Assembly: GCA_965208105.1 (NCBI GenBank)
Contig: OZ242318.1
Location: forward strand, 1,632,001-1,696,000
Origin: Candidatus Latescibacterota bacterium
GTDB taxonomy: Bacteria > Latescibacterota > UBA2968 > UBA8231
Reading direction: 5' to 3'
DNA length: 64,000 bases
Part shown: positions 35,369-44,317 of the stretch, one piece after another
Layout of the letters: each line of letters starts with the position of its first letter
Numbering within the stretch: position 1 is the stretch's first letter
The notes under the pieces: model-generated
Databases searched by the model: none
Told to the model about the DNA's origin: nothing
The model's input: only the letters and a program-made list of their open reading frames with translations
Position numbers and translations under genes: made by a program

Positions 35369-37198
35369 TCAATCGGCGGGACGCTGCCGCGCCAGCGCCT
35401 CCTCGTACTGCGCCCGCGCGGCTCGAACCTCCTCGCGCTCGGAGACCTCGGGGACGGCGATGTCCCACCAGTGCCCGCCCGCGCTGGTGCTCTCCATCGG
35501 ATCGGTGTCGATGACGATGCAGCAGGTGCGCGGGCACTCCCGCGCCCGCGTCAACGCCTGCTCCAGCGCCGCGATGGAGTCCACCTTCTCCGCCTCCGCT
35601 CCCAGTGACCGGGCGTGGGCGACGAAATCGATGCTCGCCGGCTCGGCGTGGCGCGCGTCGTCGAGCTGGTTGTTGAAGGGCGCCCCCCCGGCGGCCTCCT
35701 GCAGGCGGGTGATGCAGCCGAAGCCCCTGTTGTCCAGCAGCACCACGGTGAGCTTCTGTCCCAGCATCACCGCGGTCGCCAGCTCGGAGTTCATCATCAG
35801 GTAGCTGCCGTCGCCGACCATCACCACCACCTCCCGCTCGGGCAGCGCCATCTTGACACCGAGACCGCCGGCGATCTCGTAACCCATGCACGAGTAGCCG
35901 TACTCGAGGTGGTAGCCGTTGGGGCGCGCGGCGCGCCAGAGCTTGTGGAGCTCCCCCGGCAGACCTCCGGCGGCGCAGACCAGCACGGTGTCCGCACCGC
36001 TGCTGCGCTGGACCGCCCCGATCACCTGGGCGTCGCTGGGCAGCGCGCTGCCGCGGGGCGGGGCGGTGGCAGCGTCCACATGCTCGCGCCACCTGGCGCG
36101 GAGCCCGCAGTCCAGGTCGGGAGCGCGCCATCCCTGCAGAGCCTGGCTCAGGGCCTCGAGTCCGGTCAAGGCATCGCACACCAAGGGGATGGCCGCGTGC
36201 TTGGCCGCGTCGTAGGCGGCCGCGTTGACCTGCAGGACGCGGCGCCCCGGGTTGGCGAACAGGGCCCGGGACCCGGTGGTGAAGTCCTGCAGCCGCGTGC
36301 CTACGGCGATGATCAGGTCGGCGCCCGCAGCCACCGCGTTGGCCGCGCTCGACCCTGTGACCCCGATGGAGCCGAGGTTGAGGGCATGGTCCCAGGGCAG
36401 CGCGGACTTGCCGGCCTGGGTCTCGGCCGCCGGCAGGTTGTGAGTCTCGACGAAGTCCCGCAGCGCCTCCGTGGCCCGGGCGTAGTGCACCCCTCCCCCC
36501 GCGATGAGCAGGGGCCGCTTCGCCGCGCGGATGGCCTCGACCGCCCGGACCAGCTCGCGCGCATCGGGCGCCGGCCTCCTCACGCGCAGACGGCGCGGCT
36601 CGAAGAAGCTCTGGGGCCAGTCGCAGGCCTGCGCCTGCACGTCCTGGCACAGGGCCAGGGTAACCGGGCCGCACTCGGCCGGGTCTGTCATCACCGCGAA
36701 GGCGCGGGGCAGGGCGGAGAGCAGCTGCTCGGGACGCGTGATGCGGTCGAAGTAGCGGCTCACCGGCCGGAAGCAGTCGTTGGCGCTCACCGTGCCGTCC
36801 TGGAAGTCCTCGATCTGCTGCAGCACCGGGTCGGGGCCGCGGCCGGCGAATACGTCGCCGGGAAGCAGCAGGACGGGGAGCCGGTTGACGTGGGCTACCG
36901 CGGCCGCGGTGACCAGGTTGGTGGCCCCGGGCCCGATGGAGGTGGTCACCGCCATGGCGCGGCGGCGATTGCTCGCCTTGGCGAAGGCGATGGAGGCGAG
37001 CGCCATGCCCTGCTCGTTGTGGCCGCGCCAGGTCGGCAGGCGGTCCCCCGCCGCCTGCAGCGCCTCGCCCATGGCCGCCACGTTGCCATGGCCGAAAATT
37101 GCCCACACCCCGGCGATGAACGGCACGCCGGGCTCGATCTGCTGCGCTTCGACATAGCGGACCAGGGCCTGGGCGGCGGTCAGCCTGATACTCTTCAT
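35369..37198 (-). CDS. iolD: 3D-(3,5/4)-trihydroxycyclohexane-1,2-dione acylhydrolase (ThDP-dependent)
   Basis: IRLTAAQALVRY, AIFGHGNVA, HNEQGMA, TSIGPGATN, PDPVLQQIE, GGLPGELHKLW, YHLEYGYSCMGYE, GDGSYLMMNSE, WWDIAVPEVS. Confidence 0.95.
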   Translation of the reverse strand: MKSIRLTAAQALVRYVEAQQIEPGVPFIAGVWAIFGHGNVAAMGEALQAAGDRLPTWRGHNEQGMALASIAFAKASNRRRAMAVTTSIGPGATNLVTAAAVAHVNRLPVLLLPGDVFAGRGPDPVLQQIEDFQDGTVSANDCFRPVSRYFDRITRPEQLLSALPRAFAVMTDPAECGPVTLALCQDVQAQACDWPQSFFEPRRLRVRRPAPDARELVRAVEAIRAAKRPLLIAGGGVHYARATEALRDFVETHNLPAAETQAGKSALPWDHALNLGSIGVTGSSAANAVAAGADLIIAVGTRLQDFTTGSRALFANPGRRVLQVNAAAYDAAKHAAIPLVCDALTGLEALSQALQGWRAPDLDCGLRARWREHVDAATAPPRGSALPSDAQVIGAVQRSSGADTVLVCAAGGLPGELHKLWRAARPNGYHLEYGYSCMGYEIAGGLGVKMALPEREVVVMVGDGSYLMMNSELATAVMLGQKLTVVLLDNRGFGCITRLQEAAGGAPFNNQLDDARHAEPASIDFVAHARSLGAEAEKVDSIAALEQALTRARECPRTCCIVIDTDPMESTSAGGHWWDIAVPEVSEREEVRAARAQYEEALARQRPAD

Positions 37199-37237
37199 TT
37201 TACACCTCTTCCTCGGGGGAAGGGATCGGAAGGCCGA

Positions 37238-38584
37238 CTATGCCCACGACGATTTCAGCTCGTGCACCTTCAACGATACGAGCCTCGCGGCGCCGCCTTC
37301 GGCGAAGATCCCGATGTCCGCGTTATCCTGGTCCGGGAGGAAATAGGAGGTCATCGATAGCTCCCCTGCGTTGCCGAAGGCCTCGATGGAGATGCGGTCC
37401 ACCAGAATCTGCAACTGGATCCTGCCGTCCCTCGGCGCCAGGGGACCGCTCCTGTCGAGGAATGTCAACAGCTTTGCAGCGGAATCGTAGCGGACCTCCT
37501 GCCCGCGGACGTCGAACCCGACGGCGGCGGCATCTCGAAGCTCTATCTCGGCGCGGATGTGGAACAACTCGCCGGTAAGACCGGCCAGCAGGTTCTCGCC
37601 GGGCCTGAGGGCGACATCGCTCCAGGCATGGGTGTATTCATGGATGTTCCCGATCTCCGCCACCGGCTCCCGGTGCAGCCGGATTCCAGCCGCCGTGGTC
37701 CGCAGGGTCAACTCGCAGGGGAAGCTCATCTGCTGATTGAAGGGCATCCCGGGCGGGTTGCTTCCCCTCATCCAGGCGATCTGGATGAGGCGTCCGTCCC
37801 GATCCGGCACGTCGCTCCAGGTCTGCGCGGCATAGAAGTTGGCGCCGTGGTCGGCCCGAAGGACCTCTTCTTCCGGTGTGAAGGTGGTTCCATCGAAGTC
37901 GCCGATGCAGTATCTCCCCGCCGCGCCCCAGAAAACCCATCTCGTGTCGTCCGGGTCGCCGTCGACCGCAAGCTCGAAGAAGTCAGGACACTCCGTGTCG
38001 GGAATCCGGACCTCTGAAAGCCGCGTCCACTCCTTGAGGTCGGCCGAGCCCAGCAGGGCGTAGTCGTTGTCGTCGAGGTAGAGCGCCATCACCCATTTCT
38101 GCGTCGGCTGGTGCCAGACCACCTTGGGGTCGCGGTTTCTTGCGGCGATATGCTCGACGACCGGGTTGCCTTCGAATTTCGTCCAGCTTCGCCCGCGGTC
38201 GTTGCTGCAGGCGATGCTCTGGGTAAAGGGGAGCTCCCTGGGAGCGTGGCTTCCCGCCGACGTGTAGAAAGCCACCAAAGCAGCCTCCGCGCCGGTGCGA
38301 AAACCGGCAGTATCGTTCCAGTCGACCACGGCTGAGCCGGAGTAGATCGTTCCGAGCTCGTCGGGATGAATCGCGTGCGGCAGTTGCTTCCAGTGGACCA
38401 GGTCCGGACTGACGGCGTGGCCCCAGGTCATGTTGCCCCAGTCGATGCCGGAGGGATTGTGTTGAAAGAAGAGGTGATACTCTCCCTTGTAGAATACCAA
38501 TCCGTTCGGATCGTTGGTCCAGTTGGCTTTGGGGGTAAAATGGAACTGGGGACGGTAGGCTTCCCTGTAAGCGGTCTGAATCAT
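37238..38584 (-). CDS. Glycoside hydrolase family 32 (levanase / beta-fructofuranosidase-like), cytoplasmic
   Basis: YRPQFHF, WTNDPNG, WGHAVS.DLVHW, SGSAVVD, RDP, ECPD, FYAAQTW; no signal peptide. Confidence 0.93.
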   Translation of the reverse strand: MIQTAYREAYRPQFHFTPKANWTNDPNGLVFYKGEYHLFFQHNPSGIDWGNMTWGHAVSPDLVHWKQLPHAIHPDELGTIYSGSAVVDWNDTAGFRTGAEAALVAFYTSAGSHAPRELPFTQSIACSNDRGRSWTKFEGNPVVEHIAARNRDPKVVWHQPTQKWVMALYLDDNDYALLGSADLKEWTRLSEVRIPDTECPDFFELAVDGDPDDTRWVFWGAAGRYCIGDFDGTTFTPEEEVLRADHGANFYAAQTWSDVPDRDGRLIQIAWMRGSNPPGMPFNQQMSFPCELTLRTTAAGIRLHREPVAEIGNIHEYTHAWSDVALRPGENLLAGLTGELFHIRAEIELRDAAAVGFDVRGQEVRYDSAAKLLTFLDRSGPLAPRDGRIQLQILVDRISIEAFGNAGELSMTSYFLPDQDNADIGIFAEGGAARLVSLKVHELKSSWA

Positions 38585-38663
38585 CTCTCCTCCTGCCCGT
38601 CGATAAATCAAAACGCCTTTTCGCGGCCGGGTCAATGTGGCGGAGTGAAGCGGGATGCTCCTC

Positions 38664-39935
38664 CTAACCTGCAAACTCCAGGCCTCCACTGGCCTCTAGC
38701 TCGGCGCAGCGCCGCTCGAAGGCCGGGCTGCCGTCGTCGTCGACCACCTCGAGGGTGGAGCCGGCCTCGAATATCGGCAGGCCCGCCTGGCTGTAGCGCC
38801 CGTGGAAGGCGCTGCGGCTGCAGGCGATCTCGACCGTCTCGCCGCCGGCGCGGATGTAGCGGTAGTAGTGCCGCGGCTCCCTCACCGTCCTGTAGTCGAC
38901 CGCGTATTTCTCGATCACTTTTTCGTCCACCTCGACGCCGAGACCCGGCCCCCGGGGAACCGGGTAAAAGCCCCCGCGCACCTGGAGCGGTGCGGCGAGC
39001 AACTGGCTCTCGTAGATGTTCATGCAGGTGATCGCCGGCCACCTCGCCTCTCTGCAGACCGCGCCCAGGTGGGCGGCCCAAACGGTTGTCAGGCCGGCGC
39101 CGACAAGCTGCAGCCAGAACGGCTTGTTGGCCGCCGCCGCCACCGCCTGCTGCTGCATGATCTGCGCCGCCCCGCCGCCGATGATGAGGCCGTCGGCGAT
39201 GTCGTCGCGCAGCATGGCCATGACCGGAGGGCGGTCGACGTGCATGGCCACGGGCCGGTCGATGCGCGCCCGCAGGTGGCGGTTCCCGGCGATGTCCTCC
39301 TGCGGGATGGGGGTCTCGATCATGGCCACCTGCTCGTAGCGCTCCAGGGATTTGAGCAGAGGCACCGCGTTAGCGCAGTTGACCAGGTGGCCGTTAAAGT
39401 CGAGGTCGAGACGGAACTGCTGCGGGACCACCCGGCGCACCGCCTCGATGCAGGCGTGCAGGTCCTGCCACGGCCTGGTCTTCAGCTTGGCCGAGGTGTA
39501 GCCCCGGGCAACGGCGGCCTCGCACTGCCGCGCCCAGTCCTCCGGTGGCATGTCGCAGGTCCACCAGGATATGGGACAGGAGTCGCGGACCTTTCGACCC
39601 AGCAGGGCGCTGACCGGCACCTTCTCGTTTTTCGCCACCGCGTCGAAAAGGGCCATCTGCACGCCGCAGCCGAGGCCGTCGTTCCACAGCAGCGAGGCGG
39701 CCTCCTTGCCCAAAATGAGGTCCTCGACGTCATCGGGGACCCCGGCGTGGGTGGCGGCGGGGATGGTCTCCCCCCAGCCCGTGACCCCGTTGTCCAGGGT
39801 CAGGCGGCAAAGCTGGACCATGCGCCAGGAGGAGATCCAGTACTTCAGATGCCGCCCGGCGGGGGGTTCGAAGGGCAGATCGAGGTGGATGAGCTCGACA
39901 CGGGAAACCTTCATCACGGTGCTCCTGTTGGCCAT
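38664..39935 (-). CDS. Mandelate racemase / muconate lactonizing enzyme (enolase superfamily)
   Basis: G.TGWGET, MALFD, LLGRKVRD, AKLK (KxK), LDLDFN, IETP, PRGPGLGVEVDE. Confidence 0.88.
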   Translation of the reverse strand: MANRSTVMKVSRVELIHLDLPFEPPAGRHLKYWISSWRMVQLCRLTLDNGVTGWGETIPAATHAGVPDDVEDLILGKEAASLLWNDGLGCGVQMALFDAVAKNEKVPVSALLGRKVRDSCPISWWTCDMPPEDWARQCEAAVARGYTSAKLKTRPWQDLHACIEAVRRVVPQQFRLDLDFNGHLVNCANAVPLLKSLERYEQVAMIETPIPQEDIAGNRHLRARIDRPVAMHVDRPPVMAMLRDDIADGLIIGGGAAQIMQQQAVAAAANKPFWLQLVGAGLTTVWAAHLGAVCREARWPAITCMNIYESQLLAAPLQVRGGFYPVPRGPGLGVEVDEKVIEKYAVDYRTVREPRHYYRYIRAGGETVEIACSRSAFHGRYSQAGLPIFEAGSTLEVVDDDGSPAFERRCAELEASGGLEFAG

Positions 39936-40107
39936 CGGGTGAACTTCGCCGAATACATCGCGCCTCTGCTCGTCAATTGAGTTCGGTGATCATCATGGGG
40001 CGGACCACCTGGACGTCGTCCCGAGAGCGCGGTTTTCACCGCGGGACGGACCGAGCCGGTGATCGTCCCGCCGGTCTGGTGATGGTCCCGGCACGGGACG
40101 CGGCCAC

Positions 40108-40375
40108 ATGGTGGCCGGCTAGATTACGCCCGCCGGAAAACGGCTGATCGACCATGCGAAACGGACCGGCGTGTGGAGCCGTCGCCCGGACCCCGCGGCC
40201 GTGCCCGACATGCCCGGCGAACCAGCGGCGGTGATGGAGGGGAACCCGGACACCCACGATAACTTTAAGGCGTTAGCGCCCGCGTCCTAGCGTCGCCAGT
40301 TCATCGCCTGGGTTGCCGTCGCCAATCGGCCAGCGGCACGGCGAGATGCGTCGTGGCGAAAGGCTGGGATTGAGG
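40108..40375 (+). pseudogene. Decayed YdeI/OmpD-associated family gene (C-terminal half)
   Basis: Frame from 40108: MVAG*ITPAGKRLIDHAKRTGVW...NPDTHDNFKALAPAS*RRQFIAWVAVANRP; in-frame TAG at 40120 and 40288; RGERLGL tail in a shifted frame. Confidence 0.7.
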
Positions 40376-40446
40376 ATCCAAATTTTTGGGGGCGAATAGT
40401 CCGCCTTTGGGGGTCAGGACAGAGGCGACGGTTGGCCTTAGGATGC

Positions 40447-40719
40447 TTATTCCTGGAAAAGATCCGAATGAGTACCGGTGCGAACCAGGTGCAGTTCGTC
40501 CCCAGCTATGCGATACAACACCAACCAGTCCGGCTCGATATGTGCCTCCCGGTATCCTCGCAATTTCCCCCGCAGTGGATGGTCCCGATACCGTGCAGGT
40601 ATCCGTTTTTGCTGAATCAACAACACCAGCAAGGCATCCAACTTGTCCAGATCTTTGCCTTGCCTCTCGGCTTTTTTCGCGTCCCGCTTGAACCTGGAGG
40701 ATCGAACAGGGCTCAGCAT
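40447..40719 (-). CDS. yafQ: Type II TA toxin, YafQ/RelE family mRNA interferase
   Basis: FKRD.K, YRDHPLRG, REAHIEPDWLVLY, RTGTHSDLF. Confidence 0.95.
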   Translation of the reverse strand: MLSPVRSSRFKRDAKKAERQGKDLDKLDALLVLLIQQKRIPARYRDHPLRGKLRGYREAHIEPDWLVLYRIAGDELHLVRTGTHSDLFQE

Positions 40720-40977
40720 TCAAGCTCTGAGATCGCGGGACAGCTCCTCTGCGGATTCGAAGCGCTTTCCCTTGCCCTCCTCCAGTTCCTTCATCGCCTT
40801 GGTGGTGGCGGCGTTGGGCACCTTGACCTCGAAGGGCAATCGCTTCTCGTCGGCCACGCGCAACAACAGCAGGCGAATCGCATCGGACACCGACAACCCC
40901 ATGGCCTGTAGCGCTTCTACCGCCCGTGCCTTGGTATCGCTATCGATCCGAGCGCGTACGATGGTATCGGTACTCAT
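40720..40977 (-). CDS. dinJ: Type II TA antitoxin, RelB/DinJ family
   Basis: VRARID...K..A...L..MGLSVSDAIRLLL.RVA.EKRLPFEVKVPNA.T; immediately upstream of yafQ. Confidence 0.95.
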   Translation of the reverse strand: MSTDTIVRARIDSDTKARAVEALQAMGLSVSDAIRLLLLRVADEKRLPFEVKVPNAATTKAMKELEEGKGKRFESAEELSRDLRA

Positions 40978-40999
40978 TCAGGTAATTCCTTCCGTGAAT

Positions 41000-41037
41000 T
41001 GTAGCCTCAATGTAGCCATGCCAATCCGCCAGGTCAA
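41000..41037 (-). promoter_or_regulatory. sigma70 promoter with overlapping direct-repeat operator of dinJ-yafQ
   Basis: TTGACC (41037-41032), 17 nt, TACATT (41014-41009); tgtagcc repeated at 41000 and 41011. Confidence 0.7.
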
Positions 41038-41366
41038 TGATTCCGGGCCGCTTGCCGGTGGTCTCTACAAGCAGGCCAAGGTTTTCCAGCAGGTCAATTC
41101 CCTGCGGAACCCCTCGCCAAATCTACGCAGCCGCCGGTCAGGGGCAATGCTACCGGGTGATGGTGTTTTGGTTCGCGCCGGGGAGATCGAGATTTCCAGT
41201 CCGCCCGAAGCCGGCTTGCGAGTGGATGGGCTGTGGAATTTGCGCCGACATGGTTATCTTTTGGCAACCAGGTTACTGCCAGGGAAAACGGAGTTTGGGA
41301 TATATGCTCTGGAAGAAATTTCCACCCCGCAACAACAACCTGTGGACGCGGTGGTGATTGATTGTG

Positions 41367-41918
41367 ATGATGGTGAAACGACATACCCTGATCTTGCTTT
41401 CCACAGTTTTTCTCGTTGCCTGCGGCGGCGACGAGAAGCCCGTTGATCCCGAGCCAGTTGCCCCTGACCAAAATCTGGTCGGCTCGTGGGCCCTGGAAAG
41501 AACCAACATGGTCGACGTCATGGCACAGGGGTTGGTGGACAACCTGCGCGTTGAAGGCTATGACCCGGACACCATAGATGGAATGATCATCGACTTTCGC
41601 GCCGAGATGGGGGAAGGTGTATCGGTAGTTCGGTCCGCCGTTCGATTCAATCCGGATGGGTCGTGGGTGGACGATATGGAGGGAAGCGGCACCTGGCGCG
41701 TTGATGGCAACACCTTGATAATGGTGGAAGAAGGCAAGGAGGAACGATTCAAGTATTTCGTCGGTGGCTACTATCTGACAATCATCTTCTCATCAGAGCT
41801 ATTGCTCGATGCCCTGCGCGCAGACGAGGACTTTTCAAATAAAGACATAGCCTTGTTCAGTGATATTTTGAATGTTGAAGGTGATACCCAGATTCGCTTC
41901 TTCTACAAACGCAAGTAG
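41367..41918 (+). CDS. Acidic lipoprotein, lipocalin-like (tandem copy 1)
   Basis: Lipobox LVAC; LVGSW.L and F..DGSW...GTW.VDGNTL lipocalin-like motifs. Exact start uncertain. Confidence 0.8.
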   Translation: MMVKRHTLILLSTVFLVACGGDEKPVDPEPVAPDQNLVGSWALERTNMVDVMAQGLVDNLRVEGYDPDTIDGMIIDFRAEMGEGVSVVRSAVRFNPDGSWVDDMEGSGTWRVDGNTLIMVEEGKEERFKYFVGGYYLTIIFSSELLLDALRADEDFSNKDIALFSDILNVEGDTQIRFFYKRK

Positions 41919-42054
41919 GTGAGCAAGGCCGGTTCGACCACATGCTAAACCGAAATAGCGCGGACCAAATGGGGAGACCTGGACAATTCATTAATGCTCG
42001 CCATGCATCCCCCGCGCGCAGGGCTCTATCAGGCCGCGGAGGTAATTGATTGTG

Positions 42055-42606
42055 ATGATGGAAAAACGGCATGCCCTGGTCCTGCTTACCACCATTTTTC
42101 TCGTTTCCTGCGGCGGCGACGAGAAGCCCGTTGATCCCGAACCCGCTGCGCCTGACCACAATCTAGTCGGCTCCTGGGCTCTAGTCGGCACCGACATTAT
42201 CGACATCCTGGCACATGGGATGGCGGACTATTTGAGCGATGAAGGTGCCGACCAGGACGAAATAGATGAAATCATCAAAAACTTTCGCGCCGAGAATGAG
42301 AAAGGTGTAGAAGGATACCGGTCAACCATTCGCTTCAACTCGGATGCATCTTGGGTCGACGACATGGGAGGAAGCGGCACCTGGCGGGTTGATGGAAACA
42401 CCTTGATAATTGTTGAAGGAGGAAAAGAGGATCGAGTCAAGTATTTCGTCGATGGCGACGATCTCACCCTCATTATCCCCTTTGAGTTGGTTCATGATTA
42501 CCTACGTGAAGATGAGGACTTTTCTCAAGAAGATATCGCAGTTGTCAGTGAGATTTTTGGATTGGATGATGACACCCAATTTCGCCTCTTCTACAAGCGC
42601 CGGTAG
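42055..42606 (+). CDS. Acidic lipoprotein, lipocalin-like (tandem copy 2)
   Basis: Lipobox LVSC; colinear with copy 1 at a 688-bp offset. Confidence 0.8.
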   Translation: MMEKRHALVLLTTIFLVSCGGDEKPVDPEPAAPDHNLVGSWALVGTDIIDILAHGMADYLSDEGADQDEIDEIIKNFRAENEKGVEGYRSTIRFNSDASWVDDMGGSGTWRVDGNTLIIVEGGKEDRVKYFVDGDDLTLIIPFELVHDYLREDEDFSQEDIAVVSEIFGLDDDTQFRLFYKRR

Positions 42607-42757
42607 GTATCCCTGGCCGGTTCGACCTCCAGCTTATCCGAAAAATAGCCCGGCCATTATGGGAGGTCTGGGCTATTCAATGATGCTCGCCACGCATTCC
42701 CCACACACGAGGCAATCAATTTGTTGGTAAGGACCGCTTCAGGAAGGATAAACCTCC

Positions 42758-43393
42758 ATGGCACCCGTTAGAATGCTGGTATTCGTCGGCAGCGAAGGCA
42801 TCTACCACGACCACCCGGGCCAGGGCCGATTTCTGACCGACCTGCTTAACCGGGATGACCGGCTCGAGGCCGACCTCTCGCGCGACTACGAGGTTTTGGC
42901 CGGCGGCCTCGCGGAGTACGACGCCACCCTCTTCTTCACCGATGTCGGCCATCTCTCAAAAGCGCAGGAACAGGGGCTGTTGCACTTCATTGAACACGGC
43001 GGCGGCTTTTTCGGCCTGCACACGGCGGACGCCTCCTTCCGCGACAACGCCGGCTACCACCGCATGCTCAACGGCTTCTTCGACGGACACAGCCCCTACA
43101 TGGATTTCACCGTCACCATCTCCGTCCCGGACCACCCCATTGCCGCCGGTCTGGAAGACTTCGCCGTGACCGACGAGTTGCACTACCTCAAGCACGACCC
43201 GGGGCGCTCGCATCACATCATGCACGCCTATGACCCCGGCCGCGACGAGACCCACGTCATGGCCTATCATCACACCTTCGGCAAGGGCCGGGTGTTCTTC
43301 TTCGCCCTCGGCCACGATATGGCGGTGATGGAAAACCCCTCCTTCCAAGAAGTGGTGCGCCGGGGTGCCCTTTGGGTGAGCAGAAGGTTGTGA
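42758..43393 (+). CDS. ThuA-domain (class I glutamine amidotransferase-like) protein
   Basis: YHD, F..GGGFFGLH.A, GFFDGH, DHPI..GL.DF.VTDELHY, GKGRVFFFALGHD. Confidence 0.88.
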   Translation: MAPVRMLVFVGSEGIYHDHPGQGRFLTDLLNRDDRLEADLSRDYEVLAGGLAEYDATLFFTDVGHLSKAQEQGLLHFIEHGGGFFGLHTADASFRDNAGYHRMLNGFFDGHSPYMDFTVTISVPDHPIAAGLEDFAVTDELHYLKHDPGRSHHIMHAYDPGRDETHVMAYHHTFGKGRVFFFALGHDMAVMENPSFQEVVRRGALWVSRRL

Positions 43394-43647
43394 CAGTGCC
43401 GGGCTGGCACTATCTGGCTTTCGACTGAGGGGGAGCGGCCGGTTGGATTTCCTGCTCGTCGCCGGTCAGAACCTCGGGTTGCAGGGCAGAATCTCGAGCA
43501 ACTGAATGGCGGCTACGGTAGCCCATTCCGTCGAACCACCGCTGGGAAACGATAGTTTCTTTGTCAAAATATAATGAATTGATCGTTTCTCAAGGCGCCT
43601 GGACCTCCTTTGGGGCCATGACCGTCCTCGGGACATGGGAGATTCGC

Positions 43648-43689
43648 AAAAAAGAAGGGCGGCGCCGGTCCGTTCAACCGGCTCCGCCC
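43648..43689 (-). terminator. Intrinsic terminator of the second Spy-like gene
   Basis: Stem gggcggcgccggt/accggctccgccc (one mismatch) followed by TTCTTTTTT on the minus strand. Confidence 0.75.
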
Positions 43690-43714
43690 GAAAGGCCGTA
43701 CTGCTTGGTCTGGC

Positions 43715-44161
43715 CTAGTGATGGGAACGGCCCCGACCGCGCTTGTGCTTGCCCTTGCTTTCGTGGCCGCCTTCGCCCTCGCTCATCTGGCGCTCTCCAC
43801 CTCGCCTGCCCCTGCGGTCCCAGCGCTCCTTTCTCAGCTCCTGCAGGCGCTCGAACTGCTCCTCGCTCAGCACCTCTCTCAATTCCCCCTCGGTCTCCTC
43901 GCGCAGCGCCATCATCTGTTTGCGCGCCTCACGCGGTTTCTCGCGGTGCTCGGCGAATAGCTTCTGGCGACTCTCCTTCTGGGCTTCCATGATCTCCTCG
44001 ACCTTCGACTTCTGCTCCTCGCTGAGGCCGAGCTCCTCGAAGAGGTGGGCGCTGGCTTTGCCGCCTTTGGTCTCCTTGCCCTCGGTCTCCGGGTCGGCTG
44101 CGGCCGGAAGGGTCCCCAGGATCAGGACGGCTGCGGCGGTCAGGGAGGTGATGGTCTTCAT
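43715..44161 (-). CDS. Spy/CpxP-like periplasmic protein
   Basis: Signal peptide ending PAAA; ELGLSEEQ and VLSEEQ (LTxxQ-like) motifs; GGAGG RBS. Confidence 0.75.
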   Translation of the reverse strand: MKTITSLTAAAVLILGTLPAAADPETEGKETKGGKASAHLFEELGLSEEQKSKVEEIMEAQKESRQKLFAEHREKPREARKQMMALREETEGELREVLSEEQFERLQELRKERWDRRGRRGGERQMSEGEGGHESKGKHKRGRGRSHH

Positions 44162-44227
44162 GGCGTTCCTCCGATCTTATGGGTTCCGGCGCGGCTGATT
44201 CCGGGCCGTTGTCCTGCTTTCACGAGA

Positions 44228-44256
44228 TTGGACAACGCGGACACGCCGTTCATTCC
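44228..44256 (-). promoter_or_regulatory. ECF-sigma-type promoter GGAAT-N18-GTCCAA
   Basis: Same motif and spacing as 20288..20316. Confidence 0.65.
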
Positions 44257-44317
44257 ACCATCCGTCGAAAGGGAGAGCCATACAGAAAGAAAATTCCCAA
44301 AAGTCCTATGTTCCACT

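Noticed and set aside
40108-40290. Two in-frame TAG codons as stop-codon recoding
   Set aside because: TAG ends many intact genes here, and the fragment also has a frameshift and lacks its 5' half, so it is a pseudogene.
41919-42720. Downstream repeats as integron attC sites or tRNA fragments (GGTTCGA)
   Set aside because: No RYYYAAC/GTTRRRY core pair, no T-arm stem or cloverleaf, and no integrase.
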